Origin: Aureliella sp.
GTDB lineage: Bacteria; Planctomycetota; Planctomycetia; Pirellulales; Pirellulaceae
Length of the DNA stretch: 64,000 nucleotides
Direction: 5' to 3'
Assembly: GCA_963691875.1 (NCBI GenBank)
Contig: OY829846.1
Location: 3,552,001-3,616,000 of the forward strand
Shown here: positions 13,268-22,694 of the stretch, in pieces
Numbering within the stretch: the stretch's first letter is position 1
Layout of the letters: each line of letters begins with the position of its first letter
Notes under the pieces: model-generated
Seen by the model: the letters and a program-made list of their open reading frames with translations, nothing else
Database searches by the model: none
Told to the model about the DNA's origin: nothing
Translations under genes and position numbers: made by a program

Positions 13268-14344
13268 ATGAATAACCGTACGCAGAATGGTTTCACATTG
13301 GTGGAACTGCTGGTCGTGATAACCATTATCGGCATCCTTGTCGGACTCTTGTTGCCGGCTGTGCAGGCTGCTCGAGAATCTGCCAGACGCATGCAGTGCA
13401 GCAACAATCTCAAGCAACTTGGGCTTGCGATTCACAATTACGCATCGGCGCACCGAGTTTTTCCATCTGGCTATGTAAGTTACACAACGAGTACTGGTGC
13501 GGCCCCGCCTTGGGCGAATATCGATCCAGTCACCTGGGATGCTGCTCCAGGCTGGGGCTGGGCAGCTTTGATCCTGCCACAGCTCGAGCAGAGCACGATT
13601 TCCAACGGGCTGAACTTTGAGCGTGCGATCTGGAATCCGGTCAATGCAGAGCTGGTGCAAGCACAGCTCTCCGTCTTCCAATGCCCCTCGGTCAGTGGCG
13701 ATCAGGAGCCTTTCGAAGTGTTAGACGAAACAGGTAGCCCGCTGCAGATCGGCGGACGCACTATCACACTCGGACGCAGCAATTATGTCGCAAGCCATGG
13801 GCAGGAGTCTTGCTGGGGTGAGTGTGGCTCTTCCACGACAGGTGTCGTCTTTACCAATATCTACACGAGCGAAACAAAAACCGTGAGGATAGATGGTGAT
13901 GCTAGTCGCGTGGCCGATGGTCCGTTCTACCGCAATTCAAAGGTTCGGTTTCGCGATGTAACGGACGGAACAACCAACACCATTTTTCTGGGCGAACACT
14001 CATCGCGGCTGAGTGAAAAGACTTGGGTTGGCGTCATACCTGGTGCCTTCACGCATCCACGGTTTCGCACTCCTGAGAACGGTCCCGACGCCGCTGCCAC
14101 TTTGACTCTGGTGCACGCTGGACCCTCTGGCGGAGAACTCGATATTACAGGTGCTCCGATCATTCATCCCGTCAACTTTCCGACCTACCACGTCGGACAG
14201 ATGTTTTCTGAACACCCAGGTGGTGGTCAGGTTTGCTTTGGCGACGGCAGTGTGCGTTTCATCGCAGAGACTGTCGATCTGTACATCTGGGCCGAGCTTT
14301 GCAGTATGGGCGAAGGTGAAGTCGTTAGTCACGAAGACTTTTAA
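13268..14344 (+). CDS. DUF1559 / prepilin-type N-terminal cleavage/methylation domain protein
   Basis: GFTLVELLVVITIIGILVGLLLPAVQAARESARRMQCSNNLKQLGLA, DVTDGTTNT, HPGGGQVCFGDGSVRFI (H-X9-DG). Confidence 0.95.
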   Translation: MNNRTQNGFTLVELLVVITIIGILVGLLLPAVQAARESARRMQCSNNLKQLGLAIHNYASAHRVFPSGYVSYTTSTGAAPPWANIDPVTWDAAPGWGWAALILPQLEQSTISNGLNFERAIWNPVNAELVQAQLSVFQCPSVSGDQEPFEVLDETGSPLQIGGRTITLGRSNYVASHGQESCWGECGSSTTGVVFTNIYTSETKTVRIDGDASRVADGPFYRNSKVRFRDVTDGTTNTIFLGEHSSRLSEKTWVGVIPGAFTHPRFRTPENGPDAAATLTLVHAGPSGGELDITGAPIIHPVNFPTYHVGQMFSEHPGGGQVCFGDGSVRFIAETVDLYIWAELCSMGEGEVVSHEDF

Positions 14345-14378
14345 TTCGTTTCATTAACGGACAACAAGAAGCGCCAAG

Positions 14379-14714
14379 TTGCAAATGAATCGCCAGCAGA
14401 TCATTGCTATTTTTATCCTGGTATCAGTTGCTGCCGCTGGAATCTATTTCTGGCTTGGTCGTGGCTATGGCGAGCTGAGTCCGCAAGGCTACGCGTATTC
14501 CAAGGCATTGTTCTTGGCTTGCAATCAAAAAGACTCAGAGAAGCTCGAACAGATTTCCGAGATGATCGAGCAGGATGCTGCATCCGGCCAACTTCAATCG
14601 CAGGAAGTAAAATGGCTGCAATCGATCATTGAGCTCGGGCTGGACGAAAGTTGGACAGAAGCCAACCGCCGAGTGAGGAAGTTGATGAACGACCAAGTCC
14701 AGGAAGTGCCCTGA
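14379..14714 (+). CDS. Small membrane-anchored helical protein, DUF1559 partner
   Basis: N-terminal TM segment; follows the DUF1559 gene by 34 nt on the same strand. Confidence 0.75.
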   Translation: MQMNRQQIIAIFILVSVAAAGIYFWLGRGYGELSPQGYAYSKALFLACNQKDSEKLEQISEMIEQDAASGQLQSQEVKWLQSIIELGLDESWTEANRRVRKLMNDQVQEVP

Positions 14715-14764
14715 CGAGACGTGTAAACGCCTAAGCGCGTCCTGAAAATCTTCTGGCGATTTTT

Positions 14765-14792
14765 TGTAACGCTCTGGGCAACAATCTACATA
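14765..14792 (+). promoter_or_regulatory. Candidate ECF sigma-dependent promoter
   Basis: TGTAAC-N15-CTACATA upstream of an operon containing an ECF sigma; TGTAAC is a common ECF -35 element. Confidence 0.35.
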
Positions 14793-14926
14793 AGCCTTTG
14801 GATGCCGTAAGTTCTTGCTACCAAGCTCCAGCGTCAACTTACGAGAAAGAAACTCTCTTCCCTGGCCAATTCGACGTTGGGCCAAACGAAGAGTATCACA
14901 AACACTACCAAAACCAGGATTTCCTC

Positions 14927-15904
14927 ATGGCTTTGCGTTCCCTTCGATTTCCTTCCATCTGTTTTCTCGCCCTGAGCTTGCTGAGCGTCAGCTTGTTGCC
15001 CAATGGACTTCGAGCCGCTGATGCTCCCCTAGTCACAGCCGACGAAACTCCGGTATACGTCGCCAAAGTCAATTTTGACGAATTCCGCAAAACAAACATT
15101 GGTAAGAAGCTCATGTCGCTTGTCGAAGCGATGGCGAAGGAGGAGCTAGGTGGAGAGGGAGATGCAGTCCAGAAGATCACCGAAGGATTGGGTTTCAACC
15201 CAATGGAGGAGCTGCAATCCGTAACCGTTATGGCGGATTCACGCGATTTGCCCGACGAGAGTCTCAAAGTCGTGGTTGGCTTAGGAAAAACCACAGGCAA
15301 TCTGGATGGGTTGGCACTAACTCTTCCCGGCTACGATTCGGAAGAAATCGGCGAGCACACGATCCATTCTGCCGACCTGGATGGTCAGCCAGCTTTTGCT
15401 ACCATCCGAGAATCAGGCGGCAATAAGCAGGTTGTGGCGGCCATGAGTCGATCGAATTTGATGGAACTACTTGATGGCAAAGGAGGAAAAGTACCAGCTC
15501 TACCAAATGGTGAATCGACGCTTTTGCAGATCCATGCGTCGGATCTACCTCCACAGCTCAAGGAAGAGTTTGGCGAAAACCAGCCGCTTAATACGGCGAT
15601 CAAGCTCATTTCTAGCTTCATGGTAGTTGTGACTGCGGACGACGATTCATTTGGCGTAACCGTTCGACTCAATGCCACTTCGGAGAAAAAAGCTGATCAG
15701 ATCAAGCAACTCGCCCAAGGTGCACGTGCATTGTTGAGTCTTATGGAAGATGAACTGAAGCAAGACAAAGACTTCATGGCAGTTAAGAGTATCTTAGATG
15801 AAGTGAAATTCGGGCACGAAGGCAAGACCTTCTCTGCGAGCGTCGATGTCCCCGAGCAATTCATCATGAAGTTTCTAAAGGAAGAGGCTGGCCTACCGTT
15901 GTGA
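14927..15904 (+). CDS. Exported hypothetical protein (start ATG 14927 after AGGA; ORF open from 14798)
   Basis: Signal peptide MALRSLRFPSICFLALSLLSV...LRA/AD; GTGA overlap with the downstream sigma gene. Confidence 0.8.
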   Translation: MALRSLRFPSICFLALSLLSVSLLPNGLRAADAPLVTADETPVYVAKVNFDEFRKTNIGKKLMSLVEAMAKEELGGEGDAVQKITEGLGFNPMEELQSVTVMADSRDLPDESLKVVVGLGKTTGNLDGLALTLPGYDSEEIGEHTIHSADLDGQPAFATIRESGGNKQVVAAMSRSNLMELLDGKGGKVPALPNGESTLLQIHASDLPPQLKEEFGENQPLNTAIKLISSFMVVVTADDDSFGVTVRLNATSEKKADQIKQLAQGARALLSLMEDELKQDKDFMAVKSILDEVKFGHEGKTFSASVDVPEQFIMKFLKEEAGLPL

Positions 15905-16548
15905 GTCATTCGATCGCAAGATCTGCGCTGCATCCATCTGTTTCTAGTTCAAACTCGAATGTGAATGCAGCCTCGCCAGATAGCGAAACGCTCGTCGGCT
16001 CTGTGCAAGAGCTGGCTGTGCGGACCAAATCAGGCGACGAAAGAGCTTTTGCCGAGCTCTATCGTCGCCTAGTTCCGCGTATGCGCTCGTTTTTAGGCGG
16101 CAGAACTGATTTGCGAGGTGCCGATATCGAAGAGGTAATTCAAGAGTCTTTTCTCAAGGCCTGGCGCAACATCGAAAAATTCGATGAGGCCTTTCAATTC
16201 TCAACCTGGATCTACACTATCGCCATCCACACGGCGAAGGACTTTCATCGCAAGCGAGCGCGTAGCCGGCAGCTGTTCAATAAGTTGGCTGAGGAGTCTT
16301 GGGACATTAGCCCTGATGTGGAATCCTGCTCGGTCGAGGTCCGAGAGAGCTCTGATAACGTGTGGAGCATCGCTCGAGAAATGCTGACAAAAGACCAATA
16401 CTCGGCGATGTGGCTTCGCTATTCGGAAGAACTCTCCGTTAAAGAGATAGCCAAGGTCCTAAAGAAAACAAGTGTCGGCGTGCGAGTCTCCTTGCACCGA
16501 GCTCGCGCCAGCTTGCAGAAAGCAATGCAAGAGAAAGGCCTACAATAA
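15901..16548 (+). CDS. ECF sigma-70 family RNA polymerase sigma factor
   Basis: GDERAFAELY, EEVIQESFLKAWRNIEKFD, FSTWIYTIA, region 4 LRYSEELSVKEIA...VRVSLHRAR. Confidence 0.95.
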   Translation: MSHSIARSALHPSVSSSNSNVNAASPDSETLVGSVQELAVRTKSGDERAFAELYRRLVPRMRSFLGGRTDLRGADIEEVIQESFLKAWRNIEKFDEAFQFSTWIYTIAIHTAKDFHRKRARSRQLFNKLAEESWDISPDVESCSVEVRESSDNVWSIAREMLTKDQYSAMWLRYSEELSVKEIAKVLKKTSVGVRVSLHRARASLQKAMQEKGLQ

Positions 16549-17249
16549 TGATTGCGTTCATAAAACGATTGCTGGCAAAGTGGCACTTGAACCGAGCCGA
16601 AGACACGAGCTGCGAACCACCAAATTGGGTGCAGCAGTTGCTTGAATCAGACCGAGAGCTCGCGGAATACCAGACTGGTCTTCAGACGCTTCGAAAAGAA
16701 CTAGTGCAGGATCGGGCTGCGTGGAGCGAACAGAATTTCCCTGCCTCGGAGGAGATTTCTGCCTGCGAGAGCGCGGAGTCAGAAGAGCGATTCATCGAGC
16801 TCTTGAACCAAGATTTCATGGAAACCAAGCTTGCCGCAAATTCTCGATTTTGGAATACGGCAGCTTGCCTTGCCGCTGCAGCTAGCATCGCAATGATCAT
16901 TGTTGCCTTGCAGAATATGCCCGGCTCAGGTGGCGCGGCTATCACCAACCCGTCTGGCCAAGATGGCGTTGTGGAGGCGGATGAGATTGACGTAAAACCC
17001 TTGCTCGCGACGGCGAATGCTAGCAGTCAAGTTGCGATGAGTATTTCCGATGGTGCGAATCGGTGGTTGGACAAGTTGACCTCGCGCGTCGCGCGGGCAA
17101 GCCAAGAAACAGTGGATGCGCCTGAGGCCTTGATGTCACGCACTCGCGAAAACCTGCGAGACTACGAAGGTAGAATGCGAACTGCAATTCGCAGCTTCGC
17201 CACAACTCTAACCACTAGCGTCACGGGTCTAAGCATCCCCTCCAACTAA
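16548..17249 (+). CDS. Putative single-pass anti-sigma factor
   Basis: TAATG coupling to the sigma gene; cytoplasmic N-terminus, one TM segment (TAACLAAAASIAMIIVAL), extracytoplasmic C-terminus. Confidence 0.7.
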   Translation: MIAFIKRLLAKWHLNRAEDTSCEPPNWVQQLLESDRELAEYQTGLQTLRKELVQDRAAWSEQNFPASEEISACESAESEERFIELLNQDFMETKLAANSRFWNTAACLAAAASIAMIIVALQNMPGSGGAAITNPSGQDGVVEADEIDVKPLLATANASSQVAMSISDGANRWLDKLTSRVARASQETVDAPEALMSRTRENLRDYEGRMRTAIRSFATTLTTSVTGLSIPSN

Positions 17250-17328
17250 CGTCGCGGGCATTTTTCTGCGTGTTTGGCATCGCAAGAATTCCGCCCGATG
17301 CCTTCTTTAGATGCCTACTCCGCAGGGG

Positions 17329-17613
17329 TTATTTCTGCTTCTTCATCCAATTGACGAAGTTGGCCAACTGCGGATGGGACCTCAACAGTTCGAGGCTGTG
17401 ATAATGTCGCCCCAATTCTTTCTCTTTGGAGACGAAACGGTGAACTGCGTTGTGACAATCGTGACATAACGAGACGGTGATTCGCATCTGCTCGCGGGTG
17501 AAGTTCTTCTGAAACCACTTGTTCTTGTGGCAAGTTCGCGGGATCAAATGATGCTCAGTCGTCCCCCGCTTGGTTTTGCGATGACATAGCTCGCAGGATT
17601 GCTCGTTTGCCAT
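17329..17613 (-). CDS. Small HNH-like endonuclease domain protein
   Basis: CELC...TEHHLIPR...LCHDCHNAVH. Confidence 0.8.
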   Translation of the reverse strand: MANEQSCELCHRKTKRGTTEHHLIPRTCHKNKWFQKNFTREQMRITVSLCHDCHNAVHRFVSKEKELGRHYHSLELLRSHPQLANFVNWMKKQK

Positions 17614-17648
17614 GTCGAAGTCTCAGAGATAGAAAGTGGGGAAGGTGA

Positions 17649-18434
17649 TCACTCGCCGAAACGTGGATGAGCGATGGCGTCCTGATTGGCACCCGCAAAG
17701 ATGCTGCGGCCGCCATCAACGGGCAAGCAAACCCCCGTGATAAAAGGACTCGTTGCCAGAAAGTAGACCGCTCGAGCGACATCATCGGCTGTGCCGGCTC
17801 GCTTGAGCAGGCTCTCGGCAACAATCTGAGATTCTCGCTCTGGACTGATCTCATCGGCTAGCAAGACAGGCCCTGGCAGGATCGCGTTCACACGAACCCT
17901 TGGATTCCGCGACGCCAACTCCACGGCCATGGTTCGCGTTAGCGTCTTGATTGATCCCTTACTCACGAAGTACGCGGGAAAATCCTTGTAAGGTCGCTTC
18001 GTGGCCCAATCACCGATATTCAAAAGGCAGCCGCCAGAGGCTTGCCTGGCCATCTGCAGACCAAACTGCTGACAAATGAGCGCACTGGCTAAGCTATTTA
18101 CACGGAAGAACTCCAGGTAGTCCTCAGCCTGCGTTTCTTCCAGTGACTTCGGTTCCCAGATGGCAGCCGAGTTGACGACGAGGTCAATTCGGCCAAAGCG
18201 ATTCACAATCTGCTCGCACCATTCCTGCGCACAACTCTCGTCAGCCAAATCTCCGTGCATGCAAAGTGGCTCGCCCTGCGATGCGGATCGCGCTGTCCGA
18301 CCGTGAGTGACAACCTCGAAACCGCTCTCCACGAGAAAGCATGCAATAGTCTGGCCAACTCTTGGCGACTGACTTCCTGTGACAAATGCGACTGGCTTCT
18401 CGCAGTCAAAAACTTCTTGGGTGATGCTTGGCAC
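17649..18434 (-). CDS. SDR family oxidoreductase, pteridine reductase/FolM-like
   Basis: VTGSQSPRVG, VNSAA, YFVSK catalytic motif, RVNAILPGPV, PVDGG. Confidence 0.88.
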   Translation of the reverse strand: MPSITQEVFDCEKPVAFVTGSQSPRVGQTIACFLVESGFEVVTHGRTARSASQGEPLCMHGDLADESCAQEWCEQIVNRFGRIDLVVNSAAIWEPKSLEETQAEDYLEFFRVNSLASALICQQFGLQMARQASGGCLLNIGDWATKRPYKDFPAYFVSKGSIKTLTRTMAVELASRNPRVRVNAILPGPVLLADEISPERESQIVAESLLKRAGTADDVARAVYFLATSPFITGVCLPVDGGRSIFAGANQDAIAHPRFGE

Positions 18435-18987
18435 GATCTATTCTTAGATTCTACGAGTGGCAACTGTTGGATGCGATCTCGGAAGGCTAGCAATCTGATC
18501 GCACCGAGAGAACGGCTTTGCACATTCTAGCTTGCCAGCAAACCCGCGAGTCTTGTAGATCAAGAGATACAGTTCGGTACGAGCACAAGTTAGCGGTATG
18601 CGAGAAGAGGAATTCTGGCAAATCCGACAACGAAGAATCGGACGCTAGCAAACGCTCCGACAACCCTTGCGATCAAATTACATTACTTTGCCGGAATAAT
18701 CAGAATATTTTAACAGCAGCTGCCGAAAAGAAACATTGACGACGTCCATCGGGATTCGTTATCCCCATTGGATTCCGCGTCTCGTCTAGTTCAACAATGA
18801 TTTTGTTGGATAGCCGAACGTCACCAATGACGCAGGCCTGAAGGAATCAGGTCTCGGATGTTGGGGCTAGCAAGAAACGATTTCGCGATCGAACTCTTGC
18901 AGTCGAAGGCCGTGGAAGCGGCAAAACAGGATTGTTGCACACGGCCGGGCAACCGGTTACTCACCATCGCGAAGAAGGAGTGTCGCG

Positions 18988-21900
18988 TTGAGTCAGGACA
19001 TCTCAAAACAGAAGCGACTTTGGCTAAGACGAATTCTTGGTAAGGGACTACGGCAAGCCTGCCTCGGCTCGACTTTGCTTTCACCCTTGCTAATGACATC
19101 CGCGGCAATGGGCCAAGTCGGTACCCCCCAAATAACATCACCGCCTGCAGCGACCGTTCAGCCGCAAGTTGATGCCAACTTTGTCATGGGTTGGATTGAC
19201 GAGTCGGTGGCTAAACTGAACGCTGGCGATCAGGTCGGTGCAGCGCGAGCCTGGGCAGAGGCCGTTCGGGCTCGCACCAAGCTTGCGGCCAAAGACCCCT
19301 CCGTCGAAGCTCGCATCAAGAGCGAAGAGCAGCTGTTGCTTCGAAAAGGCATGCGTCGCGAGCAGATCGTCGAGGCCTACAAAGCCCTGCCAGAGGAAAT
19401 GCGACCTGCTAGCGGAGTAGCTACTGCTTCGGCACTGGCTCCGGTTGTCACAGCGACCACCATGCTACCAACAGCAACGGTTCCGGCGGTGCAAAATACC
19501 GTCTTTGCACCTTCGACAGATACCACGCAAACGCTTCCTGCTTCGGGCGAAGTGGTGACTGCACCTGCAACGCCTCCAGCGATTCCAGTTTCTACGCCCA
19601 ACGTTCCAACTGGCGTTCAGCTGTACCAAAACGGAATCAAGTTGCTCAGTCAAGGCAACCGTGAAGGTGCCTTCAAGCAATTCCAAGAGGCTTGGAAATA
19701 CCAAGGCGAATTAGATGTCACCACGCGAATGTCCTTGAAGGACAAGCTGGTTTCGATGCAACCAGTCGCGCCGGCAGCGGCCGCTACGACTCTGCCACCT
19801 TCGATCAATCAGCAAGAGCTAGCTGAACGTCAGCGAATGATGAGCGAAGTGACTGCTGAGATTGCAGCAGCTGAAGCAAATCAAGAGTCCGAGCCTGAAG
19901 TGGTTCGCGATCGCCTGCAGACACTACGCACCCGCGTGAGCCAAGCCAACTTGGATGCAGCGTCTCGAAAGCAGATGTTGACGATCGTCGATCGCAAGAT
20001 TGCTTCGCACCAGATCTACATGACTCAGAATCGTGCAGTCATTGATCAGCAGACTCGCAACAATCAGATCCTGGAGCAGCGAGCTCTGGATCAGGAACAA
20101 CGCTACGAGATTGATCAACAAATCGCGTCCTTGGTCGAAACCTACAACGACCTGATGGACAAAGGCGACTTCTTGGCGGCCGAAGTGGTTGCTAAGCAAG
20201 TTGAAGCAATCGATCGCAACTCACAGATCGCGAAGCTGCTGATGGCAACAGCCCGGAACGCGAGACGTACCGGTGAGTATGAAGCGACTCGTGCCGCTCG
20301 AGAGGATCTTTACATCGACGTCATGAACGATGTTGATTCTGCGGCACTTGGAGCCATGCGAACAGACGACACACCCCTCATCTTCAACCCAGAGATTTGG
20401 GAAGATGTAACACGCTTGCGTCAAACTGACGTTCGCGAGTCCGAAATTGGAATGAGCCCTGCAGAACGCGAGATCTGGAAACAGCTCAAACAGCCTGTCC
20501 TGGTGGACTTCCAGAACCGTCCGCTTTCCGAAGTGGCTCGAACACTTTCGGACACTTCCGGCATCTTGATGCACATCGATGAAGCAGGACTTGCTCGCGA
20601 AGGCCTGACGCCTGATATGACCGTCAGCCTGAGCCTAGGCTCTGAGATTTCGCTTCAGAGTGTGCTCAACTTGCTGCTCAACTCGCGAAACCTTGGGTTC
20701 CAAGTTCGCAATGAGGTTCTTGTCATCACTTCGGCACGCGACACCGCAGCCGCTCTGAAGCAGCGAACCTACACCGTGAAGGACTTGGTGATTCCGATCC
20801 CTAACTTCACCACAGACAGCAACAGTGGCATGGCAGGAGCTCTCCGGCAAGCCTACGAGACGATTGGCCGAGGCCTAGTGGCTCGCAATAGCGGTCCACA
20901 ACCTGGTCAAGGTGGATTCGTTCAACAAGCTTCCTACAACATGGATCCGAACTCACGAGTTCTCGGTCAGGTTGGTGGAGCCAACATGCTCGGTGGCGGC
21001 AACTTGCCCCCAGCACTTCCAGGTGGATTCGGATTGGGCGGGAGCAGCGGACCAACGATGGGAAGCGGCTTTGGAACTCCTCCCATGTCCATGGGATCAC
21101 CCGGAGCCATCGGTGGTGGAGCGGCTCAAGCCGACTTCGATACGCTGATCAACTTGATTCAGCAGACCATCGAGCCAGATTCCTGGTTGCAGAATGGTGG
21201 AACCAATACCATCTTGCCCTACCCATCGAACTTGTCGCTGGTCGTAAGTGCTCCTCAAACCACGCACGAACGCATCACCGACTTGCTTGAATCGCTACGA
21301 CGTCTGCAAGATTTGCAGGTTACGATTGAAGTCAAGTTCATCACCTTGAACGACAACTTTTTCGAGCGACTTGGCGTCGATTTCGACTTGCGAATAGACG
21401 ACAACGTCCGAAACCTGCCGCTGGATGATCAAGGTCCTAGTACCGCAATTGGTCTGAACGCAGGCTTCGATGCAGCCTCCGGTGTCCTACCTTTCACGGC
21501 TGACTTCGACATCGCGGTGACCCAAGACAGCTTCGGTAGCTCGGTCCCAGCCTTCGGTGGGTTCGACGCAGCAGCGGGTGCAAGCCTTGGCTTTGCAATC
21601 CTCAGCGACTTGGAGATGTTCTTCTTCATGAACGCGGCTCAGGGTGACCAACGAACGAACGTTCTGCAAGCACCTCGAGTCACGATGTTCGATGGACAGT
21701 TCGCTTCGATCATCGACACGACATCCAGGCCTTTTGTTACGAGCTTGATTCCAGTTGTTGGTGACTTCGCGGTGGCACAACAACCGGTCATCGTGATCCT
21801 GAACGAAGGAACGGTACTCAACGTTCAAGCGACAGTTTCACCTGACAAACGATTTGTTCGAATGACGCTCAACCCGAACTTCTCTCAAATCGACCGAGTT

Positions 21901-22296
21901 GACACCTTCACCTTCGACGGTGAGCAAACGACTACGACGAACAGCACCACCAATGGTAGCAACGTCTTGGATCCAGACGGGAATGTCACAGGTAGCACCA
22001 ACGACAGCACCACGCGGATCGCAGGTACAACGGTTCAGCAGCCTAGCTTTGCGAACACGTCGATCAACACGACCGTCAGTGTTCCTGACGGAGGTACGAT
22101 CCTACTGGGTGGTATCAAGCGAATGCGAGAAGCTCGCTTGGAGCGAGGTGTTCCAGTCCTGAGCAAGATCCCTTATCTCAATCGTCTGTTCAAAAACACT
22201 TCGATTGGTCGCGAAACTGCTACTTTGATGATGACCGTGACACCACGAATCATCATCCAAGAGGAAGAAGAAATGAAGTACGGTGTGAATCCGTAA
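18988..22296 (+). CDS. Large planctomycete-type secretin (type II/III secretion system protein family)
   Basis: QVTIEVKFI, NVLQAPRVTMFDGQ, TTVSVPDGGTILLGG, GVPVLSKIPYLNRLF, MTVTPRII. Confidence 0.9.
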   Translation: MSQDISKQKRLWLRRILGKGLRQACLGSTLLSPLLMTSAAMGQVGTPQITSPPAATVQPQVDANFVMGWIDESVAKLNAGDQVGAARAWAEAVRARTKLAAKDPSVEARIKSEEQLLLRKGMRREQIVEAYKALPEEMRPASGVATASALAPVVTATTMLPTATVPAVQNTVFAPSTDTTQTLPASGEVVTAPATPPAIPVSTPNVPTGVQLYQNGIKLLSQGNREGAFKQFQEAWKYQGELDVTTRMSLKDKLVSMQPVAPAAAATTLPPSINQQELAERQRMMSEVTAEIAAAEANQESEPEVVRDRLQTLRTRVSQANLDAASRKQMLTIVDRKIASHQIYMTQNRAVIDQQTRNNQILEQRALDQEQRYEIDQQIASLVETYNDLMDKGDFLAAEVVAKQVEAIDRNSQIAKLLMATARNARRTGEYEATRAAREDLYIDVMNDVDSAALGAMRTDDTPLIFNPEIWEDVTRLRQTDVRESEIGMSPAEREIWKQLKQPVLVDFQNRPLSEVARTLSDTSGILMHIDEAGLAREGLTPDMTVSLSLGSEISLQSVLNLLLNSRNLGFQVRNEVLVITSARDTAAALKQRTYTVKDLVIPIPNFTTDSNSGMAGALRQAYETIGRGLVARNSGPQPGQGGFVQQASYNMDPNSRVLGQVGGANMLGGGNLPPALPGGFGLGGSSGPTMGSGFGTPPMSMGSPGAIGGGAAQADFDTLINLIQQTIEPDSWLQNGGTNTILPYPSNLSLVVSAPQTTHERITDLLESLRRLQDLQVTIEVKFITLNDNFFERLGVDFDLRIDDNVRNLPLDDQGPSTAIGLNAGFDAASGVLPFTADFDIAVTQDSFGSSVPAFGGFDAAAGASLGFAILSDLEMFFFMNAAQGDQRTNVLQAPRVTMFDGQFASIIDTTSRPFVTSLIPVVGDFAVAQQPVIVILNEGTVLNVQATVSPDKRFVRMTLNPNFSQIDRVDTFTFDGEQTTTTNSTTNGSNVLDPDGNVTGSTNDSTTRIAGTTVQQPSFANTSINTTVSVPDGGTILLGGIKRMREARLERGVPVLSKIPYLNRLFKNTSIGRETATLMMTVTPRIIIQEEEEMKYGVNP

Positions 22297-22326
22297 ATCT
22301 CACAACTTACTATTCTAATCAAACGC

Positions 22327-22361
22327 AAAATCTGCCCCGCCTCTCGCGGGGCGGATTTTTT
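22327..22361 (+). terminator. Intrinsic terminator after the secretin gene
   Basis: AAAATCTGCCCCGC-CTCTC-GCGGGGCGGATTTTTT. Confidence 0.85.
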
Positions 22362-22451
22362 GTGCGCGATCGAAGGCTCGATCGCGGTTCTTCGGTTCCT
22401 GGCCCCGTACTAATCCGGAATGACCACAATACGCGTCCTACGCGAAACGAA

Positions 22452-22542
22452 AGAAGCGTCACGGCGAAACGCCTCACTAGGGAGAAGCGTCACGGCGAAA
22501 CGCCTCACTAGGGAGAAGCGTCACGACGAAACGCCTCACTAG
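22452..22542. repeat. 31-bp tandem repeat, about 3 copies
   Basis: AGAAGCGTCACGGCGAAACGCCTCACTAGGG at 22452, 22483 and 22514 (third copy has a substitution and is truncated); no spacers. Confidence 0.95.
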
Positions 22543-22694
22543 AGAATAGATGACTAGCAGCGCATTCGGCTGACGCCACCATCTGGAAACTCTGATTCGC
22601 CCTACCGACTACCAGGTAGCGAATCGTGGACGCCACCGAGGTTGTGTACAATGAGTTTTTCTCGAACTCGACTCGTTCCCACTGCAGGTCAGCT

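Noticed and set aside
17329..17613. HNH protein as a homing or mobile element, or a toxin
   Set aside because: No intron, intein, IS ends or immunity gene; it is co-oriented behind an SDR gene like an ordinary small HNH protein.
22452..22542. Possible CRISPR array
   Set aside because: Repeats are contiguous with no unique spacers, and there are no cas genes in the window.
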